A stretch of DNA of 57,777 bases. It comes from Acidithiobacillus sp. (GTDB lineage Bacteria; Pseudomonadota; Gammaproteobacteria; Acidithiobacillales; Acidithiobacillaceae). Under the pieces are notes generated by a model, which was given only the letters and a program-made list of their open reading frames with translations, was not told where the DNA came from and did not search any database. Positions 1 through 11,509 of the stretch are shown one piece after another; the first letter of the stretch is position 1; the number at the start of each line of letters is the position of its first letter. The stretch lies in assembly GCF_023255755.1 (NCBI RefSeq), contig NZ_JAGDVS010000151.1, forward strand, positions 1-57,777, given 5' to 3'. A program made the translations under genes and the position numbers.

Positions 1-230
1 TAAGAATATGGGCCAAATATCCAGTCGTAAAACCTACGCATATCTCGCCTCGGGTTGCGCAGTGCTGGTAGCGTCGCTCAGAGGTTGTGTAGCTTTATTG
101 GGGGCAGGTGCCGGCGTGAGATGGGTGTCGGCTTGATGGGTAACAAAGTGCTCTACCTACCAAGGCAGAAATACGAAGGCTTCACTGGCAGTAAATATTA
201 CCGCTGCATAAATCACCAGGAGAAACTACC

Positions 231-386
231 ATGTTGGGTACGGTGCTATTGATCGTATTGATTATGCTGCTTCTTGGTGTGTTTCCGGCTTGGCCACACA
301 GCAGAGGGTGGGGGTATGGTCCAAGTGGAGTTATTGGTTTGATACTGTTAATAGTATTTATTCTTCTTCTGCTCGGCAGAATATAA
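231..386 (+). CDS. DUF3309-family small membrane protein (51 aa; not in the ORF track)
   Basis: Hand translation MLGTVLLIVLIMLLLGVFPAWPHSRGWGYGPSGVIGLILLIVFILLLLGRI; WPHSRGWGYGPSG motif between two hydrophobic helices; AGGAG RBS at 218-222. Confidence 0.9.
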   Translation: MLGTVLLIVLIMLLLGVFPAWPHSRGWGYGPSGVIGLILLIVFILLLLGRI

Positions 387-431
387 TGTCGCTTTAATAG
401 TGACACACAATGTGTTGCGTTATGGAGGTCT

Positions 432-614
432 ATGATGACATCTTTAATTCACGTAGTGCTGGTCTTGATAGTGGTTGGCGTGCTTCTCTGGCTCGTCAAT
501 AGCTATATACCTATGGCGTCTTCTATTAAGTCTATACTTAATGTGCTCGTGGTCATTATTGTGGTTTTATGGCTGCTCAGTGTTTTTGGGATTTTCAATC
601 TTCCAGCCAGATAA
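432..614 (+). CDS. Small two-TM membrane protein (Thivi_2564-like family)
   Basis: Two hydrophobic helices around LWLVNSYIPMASSIKSILN; GGAGG RBS upstream. Confidence 0.75.
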   Translation: MMTSLIHVVLVLIVVGVLLWLVNSYIPMASSIKSILNVLVVIIVVLWLLSVFGIFNLPAR

Positions 615-824
615 ATCAGGGCGCACCAACGCGGAAATTATGGCTATAAGCAAGGCTTCGGCCTCGCGGGTGGAGCCTGCCGCGCAAGTCATATGAGCGA
701 AGGGCTGAGCTGGCTTTATCAACCGACCTAAAAATGGTCTTGTAGTGTCAGCAGCAGTATGGCAGTTGGTTACTTTGTTACGGCGGCTGGTAGTGTGATG
801 CAGAGTTCAATACAGGAGACAGCC

Positions 825-995
825 ATGAACAAGGATCAGGTAAACGGTCGTATTAAAGAAGTTAAAGGCAAGTCAAAAGAAGTTCTTGGTAAGATTAGTG
901 GCAGCAAAAAACAGGAGGTTGAGGGTAACGTAGAGAAAAACATAGGCAAGGCTCAGGCGGGGTTTGGTGACCTGAAGAATAAACTGCAGAAATAA
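825..995 (+). CDS. CsbD-family general stress protein
   Basis: MNKDQVNGRIKEVKGKSKEVLGKISG...EGNVEKNIGKAQ pattern; start moved to ATG 825 behind an AGGAG RBS. Confidence 0.9.
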   Translation: MNKDQVNGRIKEVKGKSKEVLGKISGSKKQEVEGNVEKNIGKAQAGFGDLKNKLQK

Positions 996-1026
996 GGCGG
1001 CGTGCCTACCGATCCGCCGCCTTATT
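991..1026. terminator. Hairpin between the convergent csbD-like gene and iro; probable terminator
   Basis: Perfect 12-bp inverted repeat AATAAGGCGGCG...CGCCGCCTTATT. Confidence 0.6.
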
Positions 1027-1065
1027 ATAAAGACCCCTCTTTAGTGGAGGAGGTGGGGTGATATC

Positions 1066-1344
1066 TCATGCTGACTTAGGAACAAAGGCCATACACCAAC
1101 CATTTGGGCTGATGTTACCCGCCACCACCTTACAACTATGTGGAGCAATGAAGTTTGCACATACTGAACAACGATCCTTTCCTTTAGGTGTATCCTGATA
1201 TTGCACCGATGTCTTGGTCATGGTTCCGGCATCTGCCACACCAGCTCCCATCATCGTCGTGGTAGCCACCGCTCCGACGACAACCGCAATGTTTTTTAGC
1301 GCATCGCGACGGGTAATCATCTTGTTCTTGTCCTTTTCACTCAT
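1066..1344 (-). CDS. iro: High-potential iron-sulfur protein (HiPIP), Iro iron-oxidase type, Tat exported
   Basis: Twin-arginine signal TRRDALK; four Cys (CSVC, HSC, GWC); YQDTPKG and ISPNGWC motifs; AAGGAG RBS; lies downstream of purA. Confidence 0.9.
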   Translation of the reverse strand: MSEKDKNKMITRRDALKNIAVVVGAVATTTMMGAGVADAGTMTKTSVQYQDTPKGKDRCSVCANFIAPHSCKVVAGNISPNGWCMAFVPKSA

Positions 1345-1378
1345 GGTCTTCTCCTTAGGTTGTGCAATCAACCTTGGC

Positions 1379-1415
1379 ATTGTAGCGCTTCTCATCGCTA
1401 TAGCTAGCGATGAGA
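1379..1415 (-). promoter_or_regulatory. Putative iro promoter with palindromic operator
   Basis: -10 TACAAT (1384-1379); perfect 11-bp inverted repeat TCTCATCGCTA-N4-TAGCGATGAGA (1390-1415) over the expected -35. Confidence 0.5.
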
Positions 1416-1454
1416 CCCGCAGAGGAGGCTTGGCCAACCCGATTGGCGAGTACC

Positions 1455-1485
1455 AAAGGGCAGATCAATAGGTCTGCCCTTTTTT
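1455..1485. terminator. Rho-independent terminator-like hairpin after purA
   Basis: AAAGGGCAGA...TCTGCCCTTT stem with flanking A/T tracts. Confidence 0.7.
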
Positions 1486-1499
1486 ATTGCCCTGCTGCA

Positions 1500-4031
<2,532 letters not shown>

Positions 4032-4035
<4 letters not shown>

Positions 4036-4904
4036 TTACCTGTCGGCTCCAGCGAATGGCGAAAATATTTGAAGAATGGCGAACCCGGGCTGAGTACCAG
4101 AACATCTTTGTCACCCAGACTGTGACGGTATGCTTCCAGACTGCGATAAAAAGAGAAAAACGCCGGATCTTTGCCATATGCTGCACCGTAGATAGACGCC
4201 GCCTCGGCATCACCCTGCCCTTTCAGCCCTTCTTGCTGCCGGTAGGCATCCGCCATGATCTGGGTCTGTTCCTTATCCGCGCTAGCGCGGATTTTGGCGG
4301 CATCGGCGGCACCTCGTGAGCGATAGTCATTAGCCTCCTGCGTACGCCCAGCCTCCATCCGTTTGTAGACGGCCTGCAGCACCTCCGGGGGCAAACCCAC
4401 CTGCAGAATGCGCACATCGACCAGATGCACACCAAGAGATTGAAGGCGCTGATTGGCATCCACAAGCACCGGATCAATCATCTCCTTACGGTTACCCTGT
4501 ATCACCGACTCCAGGGTCATTTTACCGACCCCACCCCGCAAAGATGACCGCACAATATCACCGATCTGGCTCTGTGCAGTCGCATCGTTATGCAAGCGGG
4601 TGTAAAAAACCAGTGGATTGACCACTTGCCATTCTGCAAAAAAGTCGATGAGCACGGGTTTCTTATCGATGGTCAAAAACGGTTCGGGCTGCGTGCTATA
4701 GCTCGACAAGCGGTTATCAATGAAAGCCACGTTCTGCATGAGAGGCCATTTCATATGCAGCCCCGGAGTTTCCACCACCCGTACCGTTTTACCAAATTGT
4801 AATACCACAGCAGTCCGGGTCATAGGCACAGAATAAAAGCTTCCTGAAGCCAGCAGTACCAAAGCCAATACCGCGATAATCAAACTCCAGGCCCAGTTCT
4901 TCAT
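4032..4904 (-). CDS. hflC: FtsH protease modulator HflC
   Basis: N-terminal TM, SPFH domain, FFSFYRSLEAY motif; follows hflK. Confidence 0.95.
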
Positions 4905-6094
4905 GAGTTCGCCCCCGACACCGGGACGGCTAAAGCTGCCGGGTTAGTCGCCGGTGCTACCGGCGGAGCTACGGACATGGCGGGCGCCGTGACTGCCGCA
5001 GAACTCGTCAAACTAGTGACCGCTGCGGGAATCCTGGCGGGCATGTGGAGATAAATCACGGGCTGTCCCTTGCTCTCAATAATCACTTTCTGGGTATGGC
5101 TCAGAATATCCTGCATGGTGCGTAAGTACATGCGCTCACTCACCACCTTCGGATTTTTCTGGTAGGCCTGGAGGATGTCAGTGAAGCGTGCGCTATCCCC
5201 CTTGGCGCGATCAACCACCTGCTGTTTATAGCCCTCGGCATTCATCACCATGGCGGCAGCTTCTCCCTTGGCTTTGGGAATCACCGAGCTCGCATAGGCT
5301 TGCGCTTCATTGCGCGCCCGTTCCATGTCCTCACGCGCAGCCGTCACCTCCGTAAACGCTGGCTGGACCACCTTTGGAGGACTCACCTCCAACAGTTGGA
5401 CCGTATCAACGCTAACACCCACGTGGTAACGACTCAGCAGGTTTTGGGTGATCCGCTGCGCCTGCTGCTCAATGGTACCCTTACCAGACGTGAGCAGATC
5501 GTCAATTTTGCTGCGCCCCACCAACTCGCGCATAGCGGATTCCGCACAATAGGAAATCAATTGCTCCGGATTCGTGGTGGCAAACAGATAATGACTGGCA
5601 TTGGTAATTCGATACTGCACGGCAAAACGGACGTCCACCACGTTCCCGTCTGCAGTCAGCATCATACCGGGATTCAGTGAATCAGCGGCACCACTATAGC
5701 CCAAAACCAGACGACGACTCTGCGCTACTTTGGGCAGATACACACGCTCAAAAGGGAAAGGGAGCCGATAGTGTAAACCGGGCTGGCTGATGCCAACCTC
5801 TTTGCCGAAACGCAGCACCACACCCTCTTCATCTGGCCCCACGACATAAATGCCAGAGGCAATCCAGAACAGGATCAGCACCGCAATCACAACAAAAGGT
5901 ATAAAGTTCAACCACTTGCGATCCATCTTCGGCCCGCCGCTGCGACCACCGCCGGAGCCAAAAATACCACCCAGTTTTTTTAACTCCTGGGTGATTTTCT
6001 GGATATCAAAAACCGGCTTTTGCGCATTGGGACGGCGTCCCCAAGGGTTGTTATCGTTTTTGTTTCCGTTTCCGCCCGGATCACTCCACGGCAT
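4901..6094 (-). CDS. hflK: FtsH protease modulator HflK
   Basis: MPWSDPG...NPWG N-terminus, SPFH domain; Pro/Ala-rich tail. Confidence 0.95.
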   Translation of the reverse strand: MPWSDPGGNGNKNDNNPWGRRPNAQKPVFDIQKITQELKKLGGIFGSGGGRSGGPKMDRKWLNFIPFVVIAVLILFWIASGIYVVGPDEEGVVLRFGKEVGISQPGLHYRLPFPFERVYLPKVAQSRRLVLGYSGAADSLNPGMMLTADGNVVDVRFAVQYRITNASHYLFATTNPEQLISYCAESAMRELVGRSKIDDLLTSGKGTIEQQAQRITQNLLSRYHVGVSVDTVQLLEVSPPKVVQPAFTEVTAAREDMERARNEAQAYASSVIPKAKGEAAAMVMNAEGYKQQVVDRAKGDSARFTDILQAYQKNPKVVSERMYLRTMQDILSHTQKVIIESKGQPVIYLHMPARIPAAVTSLTSSAAVTAPAMSVAPPVAPATNPAALAVPVSGANS

Positions 6095-6108
6095 ACCGCT
6101 CTCCTTCC

Positions 6109-7401
6109 TCAGCCTTCAGCCGGTATTGTAGGGGGCGCATCCATCGCCTGACAACCGCTATTGCGCATTTGCGCACGCAAGCGCCGCCAGGTGAGATCAT
6201 CAATATCAAAAATCAGATGTGCCATACCTTGATCATCAAAACTTTCCTCAACAATACTGGCCATGCGGTGTAATCGGGCACGCAAGGCACCCTCTTCAGG
6301 TGTCAATGTTAACTCAGCACGCAGCATGGATCTCCCTACACGCTGCGTCATCGCCTGAAGCAACTCGGGTATACCCGCACCCGAGTAGGCGCTGACGCGC
6401 ACCGCCGCCAGGCTGCCGGAGCCTTCATACACATTCCCCGGTACGTCTCCTGTCAGATCCACCTTGTTCAGTACCAGCAGGCGGGGGATTTCATCTGCAC
6501 CAATTTCTTTCAAAACCGCGTCCACCGCGGCAATCTGGGCATCACGATCGGGAGCGCTCCCGTCTACTATGTGAAGGAGTAGCTGCGCCTGGTTCACCTC
6601 TTCCAAAGTCGCACGAAAAGCGGCAATCAAATCCGTCGGTAAATCACGCAAAAAACCGACAGTATCGGCCAGGAGAATGGCTTCGTGCCCCGCTACCTGC
6701 AACCGCCGTATGGCCGGATCGAGTGTCGCAAAAAGGCGATCCGCAGCGTAACTGGAACTTTCCGTGAGGGCGTTGAAAAGGGAGGATTTACCGGCGTTGG
6801 TATAACCGACCAGGGCAACCGTCGGCAGGGGTGCCCGCTCCCGCCGTTGTGTTGCCCGATGCGCTGCCACCTTGACCAGACGTCCGCGCAGAGAAAGAAT
6901 ACGCTCGCCGATGAGGCGACGGTCTGTTTCCAGCTGGGTTTCACCCGGCCCCCTCAACCCGATGCCGCCGCGCTGGCGTTCCAGATGAGTCCAACCACGG
7001 ATGAGACGTGTCCGCAAACGCGTCAGTTGCGCGAGCTCCACCTGCAATTTGCCTTCATGGGTGCGCGCTCGCCGCGCAAAAATATCGAGGATAAGACCTA
7101 CCCGGTCGATGACCCGGCATTGGAGGGTCCGCTCCAGATTGCGCTCCTGCACCGGGCTCAAAATCCGGTCGAAAAGAACGAGATCCACAGACAATTCTGA
7201 GACCCGCTCCGCAAGCTCCGCCACCTTGCCACGCCCCAGAAAAGTCGCCGGATCAGGACGACTGCGCTGAACGGAAAGTAGTTCTAATACGTCCGCACCA
7301 CTATCCGTGGCCAGATGAAAAAACTCTGCCCCATCGTCGGGATCCGCCTCACCATGTAATACAACATGGACGAGGAGAACCCTCTCCTGGGGCGCGGCCA
7401 C
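6109..7401 (-). CDS. hflX: Ribosome-splitting GTPase HflX
   Basis: GYTNAGKSS, LFATLD, DTVGF, NKVD GTPase motifs; GPGETQLETDRR. Confidence 0.97.
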   Translation of the reverse strand: MAAPQERVLLVHVVLHGEADPDDGAEFFHLATDSGADVLELLSVQRSRPDPATFLGRGKVAELAERVSELSVDLVLFDRILSPVQERNLERTLQCRVIDRVGLILDIFARRARTHEGKLQVELAQLTRLRTRLIRGWTHLERQRGGIGLRGPGETQLETDRRLIGERILSLRGRLVKVAAHRATQRRERAPLPTVALVGYTNAGKSSLFNALTESSSYAADRLFATLDPAIRRLQVAGHEAILLADTVGFLRDLPTDLIAAFRATLEEVNQAQLLLHIVDGSAPDRDAQIAAVDAVLKEIGADEIPRLLVLNKVDLTGDVPGNVYEGSGSLAAVRVSAYSGAGIPELLQAMTQRVGRSMLRAELTLTPEEGALRARLHRMASIVEESFDDQGMAHLIFDIDDLTWRRLRAQMRNSGCQAMDAPPTIPAEG

Positions 7402-7424
7402 AGCAACAGCGGTATTCGCCAGAA

Positions 7425-7691
7425 TCAGGCCTCTTCTTCAGTACTGCCCTCACCTTCAGCTTCCGGCAAGGGCAAACGCACATCGCGACCAGGAACCACC
7501 GTAGAAATAGCGTGCTTATAAATCATCTGACTCACATTATTGCGAAGCAATACAACGAACTGGTCAAAGGACTCCACAAAGCCTTGCAGCTTGATACCAT
7601 TCACCAGATAGATGGCGACAGGAACGTGCTCTTTACGCAACAGATTGAGAAAAGGATCCTGAAGGATCTGTCCTTTTTGTTGTCCGGCCAT
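7425..7691 (-). CDS. hfq: RNA chaperone Hfq
   Basis: [25 protein letters not shown] Sm motifs. Confidence 0.99.
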   Translation of the reverse strand: MAGQQKGQILQDPFLNLLRKEHVPVAIYLVNGIKLQGFVESFDQFVVLLRNNVSQMIYKHAISTVVPGRDVRLPLPEAEGEGSTEEEA

Positions 7692-8062
7692 TTTTTATCT
7701 CCTTAGACTATAACTTCATGGCGCTTTTAGGGTAGTGAAAAAGCCTGCGGGACTCCTTGCACTGCAAGGCAGTTAGACTAACTCAAAAGCAAACCGAATG
7801 CCATGCTTGTGCAGCCTCGATACGCTACGTCGGCTTGGGGTTGGGCAGCCATCAACCTTTGTTATGAATTGACCTGTAGCACGCTTCCCATTACGTTAGA
7901 TGCAAAGCCAGCCGTGAAAAGTGATCCCGGGCCATTCCGCTCCATTAACCTAAAGCGGAAGACCGCGACAGGGATTTTTCCCAGGCAGCCCCCCAGAGAC
8001 CCTCAGCTTCAGCGGACGACCCGGTGGTCGTCGCCCCTGAACATGAACAAGGAGACGGAACC

Positions 8063-10852
8063 GTGGAAAAGACGACCATCAACGACAAGGCGCTCCGTGC
8101 CCGCGTTAAACTGCTCGGCAACCTGCTGGGCGAAGTCCTGCGCGAGCAAGCCGGATCCCGTGTATTCAACGCGGTAGAACAGCTTCGCCAGGGATACATT
8201 CGCCTACACAAGCGGGAGGATGTTCGTCTCCGTGAGCGGCTCGCCCGCTTTATCGATGCCCTCCCCCAAGACGATCTGGTTCTGGTCATCCGCGCGTTTA
8301 ACACTTACTTTAGTTTGGTCAATATCGCCGAAGAAGAGTTCCAGCACCTACACCGCCGCCGCCTGCTCCAAAAAAGAGACGCGTTGTGGACTGGCTCCTT
8401 CGAGGAAACCTTCCGCGAATTGCAAAGACAGGGTATTAACCCTGGACAGATACAATTCCTCCTGGATCAGATTCGCTACTTGCCGGTATTCACAGCACAC
8501 CCCACGGAGTCCAAGCGACGGACCGTCCTCCATGGCCTACGCCGCATTTTTGTGACCAGTAAAATGCTCGACGACCCCACCCTCAATGACGAGGAAGAAC
8601 AGGAAGTGATTGACAACCTGCGGGCGCAAATCCAGATTCTCTGGGAAACCGAAGAGGTGCGCGCCAACAAACCGCAAGTACAGGACGAAGTTGAAAACGG
8701 TCTGTTTTACTTCCGGGATAGCCTTTTTGAGGCGGTACCGCGCACCTATCGGGCAGCACGCCGGGCCGCACGCCGAGTTTTTGCGAATGATGATATCGAT
8801 ATCCCTGCCTTCATCCGCTTTGGTTCCTGGATCGGGGGAGACCGGGACGGCAACCCTAATGTCACCGCGGCCATTACCGGTTGGGCCTTGCGTACCCAGA
8901 GCATTGAAGTATTGAGAGAATACCAGCAGCGTCTGAGCGACCTCTACCAGTTGCTTGGGCACTCCAGCCGCTTCTGCGCCATCTCTCCCGTTTTACTCGC
9001 CTCACTGGAGCGAGATGCAGACGATTTCCCGGAACTTGCTGAGTGGGTAGACCAGCGTTTTCCCAGTGAACCCTATCGCCGTAAACTGCGTTACATGATG
9101 ACCCGCCTCGACTTGCGTCTGCGCCAATTAGAAAACGGCCAGGTCATGAATGAGTCCGCCGGCCCTGCCTATGCCGCCGCGGAGGACTTCCTCGATGATC
9201 TCTTGCTGGTGCGCGACTCGCTGCGTGGTCACAACGATGAGTATATCGCCGACAACGAGGTTCAGGAGATCATCTGGCTGGTCCAAACCTTTGGCTTCCA
9301 CTTGGCCAATTTGGATATTCGTCAAGAATCCGCCGTACATTCCCGTACCATCGCCGAGCTTTTCGCCGGGATACCCGGCTTTGCCAACTACCTGGAACTC
9401 CCCGAAGAAGCGCGCCTGCTGGCTCTGTCCGATGCATTGCGTCGTCCCGGCCCACGAGTGGAACAGCAACCTGATCTGTCCCCGATGGCTGCGGAAACCT
9501 GCGCCATGTTCCGCTGTATCGCGCAATTACGGCGTGAAGTCAGTGCCTCTGGTTTTGGCAACTACGTGATCTCCATGACCCACGAAGCGAGCCACATCAT
9601 GGAGGTGCTGGTACTCGCCAAAGAATTCGGCCTGGCGGGTTGGTCGCGACAGGGGCTCTACAGCGAGATTGCCATAACCCCACTTTTTGAGACAATTCAT
9701 GATCTCGAGCGTATGGACACGGTGATGTCCACCCTGCTGGACAATCCGGTTTATACCGAAATCCTCCGCAGTCAGGACGACACTCAGGAGGTCATGCTGG
9801 GATATTCGGACTCCTGCAAGGATGGCGGCATCCTCGCTTCCAGTTGGTCCCTGTATCAGGCGCAAATACGGCTGGCTGCCCTGGCAGACAAGCGACGGAT
9901 TCAGGTGCGCGTCTTCCACGGCCGCGGCGGCAGCGTGGGGCGCGGTGGCGGCCCCACCTACGAAGCCATTCTGGCTCAGCCGCCGGATACGGTACGCGGT
10001 CAAATCAAGATTACCGAGCAGGGCGAGGTGCTTTCCTTTAAATATGCCAATCTGGAGACGGCCGTTTATGAACTGACCGTGGGCACGGCAGGCCTCATCA
10101 AGGCGAGCATGGGTCTGGTCCGGTCCGTATCTAGTGATAAACCGGACCACCTGCGGATTATGGCAGAACTGACCCGCACCGGAGAGGCGGTTTACCGCGA
10201 CCTGACCGAAAACACGCCGGGCTTCATGGATTATTTCTACGAGGCCACCCCGCTTAACGAAATTGCCCACATGAATATCGGATCGCGGCCCTCCCATCGC
10301 CAGCGCGGGGACCGTTCCATGTCTTCTATCCGCGCTATCCCATGGATTTTTGCCTGGGCCCAATCGCGGCATGTTCTGCCGGCCTGGTACGGGCTGGGTT
10401 CGGCGCTCGCCCAGTGGCGTGGGGACAAGCCGGAGCGCTTGCAGGCTTTACGGGACATGTACCGACAGTGGCCATTCTTTCGGGCGCTCATGGGCAACAT
10501 CGCCATGGCCATGGCCAAAACGGATATGGCTATCGCCGGCGAATATGCCGGTTTACCCAAAGATCAGGAGCTCGCCGCCGGAATATATCAGAAAATTCGC
10601 GCCGAATTTGAGCGCAGCCTGGCCGAGATGCTCGTCATGACCGGATTAGAGCAACTGCTCGCCGACAATCCGACCCTGGCATTTTCCCTGCAACGGCGCA
10701 ATGTGTACATGGAGCCACTCAACCATATTCAGCTCGCCTTGCTGCGTCGTTATCGCAACGATGATGCACCGCCTGAGTTCCGCGAGATATGGCTGGACCC
10801 CCTGTTGCGCACCATCAATGCTATTTCTGCCGGACAACGCAACACCGGGTAA
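8063..10852 (+). CDS. ppc: Phosphoenolpyruvate carboxylase
   Basis: VFTAHPTE, SWIGGDRDGNP, VMLGYSDSCKDGG, FHGRGGSVGRGGGP, C-terminal RNTG; GTG start behind AAGGAG. Confidence 0.98.
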   Translation: MEKTTINDKALRARVKLLGNLLGEVLREQAGSRVFNAVEQLRQGYIRLHKREDVRLRERLARFIDALPQDDLVLVIRAFNTYFSLVNIAEEEFQHLHRRRLLQKRDALWTGSFEETFRELQRQGINPGQIQFLLDQIRYLPVFTAHPTESKRRTVLHGLRRIFVTSKMLDDPTLNDEEEQEVIDNLRAQIQILWETEEVRANKPQVQDEVENGLFYFRDSLFEAVPRTYRAARRAARRVFANDDIDIPAFIRFGSWIGGDRDGNPNVTAAITGWALRTQSIEVLREYQQRLSDLYQLLGHSSRFCAISPVLLASLERDADDFPELAEWVDQRFPSEPYRRKLRYMMTRLDLRLRQLENGQVMNESAGPAYAAAEDFLDDLLLVRDSLRGHNDEYIADNEVQEIIWLVQTFGFHLANLDIRQESAVHSRTIAELFAGIPGFANYLELPEEARLLALSDALRRPGPRVEQQPDLSPMAAETCAMFRCIAQLRREVSASGFGNYVISMTHEASHIMEVLVLAKEFGLAGWSRQGLYSEIAITPLFETIHDLERMDTVMSTLLDNPVYTEILRSQDDTQEVMLGYSDSCKDGGILASSWSLYQAQIRLAALADKRRIQVRVFHGRGGSVGRGGGPTYEAILAQPPDTVRGQIKITEQGEVLSFKYANLETAVYELTVGTAGLIKASMGLVRSVSSDKPDHLRIMAELTRTGEAVYRDLTENTPGFMDYFYEATPLNEIAHMNIGSRPSHRQRGDRSMSSIRAIPWIFAWAQSRHVLPAWYGLGSALAQWRGDKPERLQALRDMYRQWPFFRALMGNIAMAMAKTDMAIAGEYAGLPKDQELAAGIYQKIRAEFERSLAEMLVMTGLEQLLADNPTLAFSLQRRNVYMEPLNHIQLALLRRYRNDDAPPEFREIWLDPLLRTINAISAGQRNTG

Positions 10853-10864
10853 GGAGGAAAGTGC

Positions 10865-11443
10865 GTGTCTCTGCCAGAATTAATTCTCGCGTCCACCAGT
10901 CCTTACCGCCAGGAATTATTGCAACGCCTGCAACTCTCGTTCCGCGTGGAGGCTTCGGCGGTCGATGAAACCCCTTTACCGGGCGAGGCGCCAGAGGCTC
11001 TCGTCTGTCGGCTCGCAGAGGCCAAGGCGCAAGCCGTGGCGCGCCGCAATCCCCAGGCAGCGGTCATCGGCGCCGACCAGATGGCGGTCTGCGGTACCCG
11101 CATTCTCGGCAAACCGGGGAATGCCGAACGGGCCGTGGAACAACTGGAGTGGATGCAGGGTCAGACCGTCGAATTTCTCAACGGCATTGCCATTGTCGCC
11201 GCATCCGGCACAGAAATACTCCTGGTACCCTATCGGATCGTCCTACGCCCACTGACAAGGATGGAGATTGAGCGCTATGTGGAGCGAGACCAGCCACTGG
11301 ATTGCGCCGGAAGTTTCCGCTCCGAGGGACTAGGCATCAGTCTGGTGGAGCGCATGGAAGGAGAAGACCCCCACGCACTGATGGGATTGCCGCTGATCGC
11401 TCTCTGCCGGGCATTGCGCAAACTCGGCTACCCGCTACCATAA
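10865..11443 (+). CDS. Maf-family nucleotide pyrophosphatase, YceF-like subtype
   Basis: LILASTSPYR, GADQ, GKPG, CAGSF motifs. Confidence 0.9.
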   Translation: MSLPELILASTSPYRQELLQRLQLSFRVEASAVDETPLPGEAPEALVCRLAEAKAQAVARRNPQAAVIGADQMAVCGTRILGKPGNAERAVEQLEWMQGQTVEFLNGIAIVAASGTEILLVPYRIVLRPLTRMEIERYVERDQPLDCAGSFRSEGLGISLVERMEGEDPHALMGLPLIALCRALRKLGYPLP

Positions 11444-11460
11444 CCCCATGAAAGGATGTT

Positions 11461-11487
11461 AAAAAGGGGCATTGCAGTGATGCCCCT
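11461..11487 (-). terminator. Rho-independent terminator
   Basis: AGGGGCAT/ATGCCCCT stem followed by a U-tract on the minus strand, between convergent genes. Confidence 0.65.
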
Positions 11488-11509
11488 CCGATTGCGCAAA
11501 GCAACTGGC

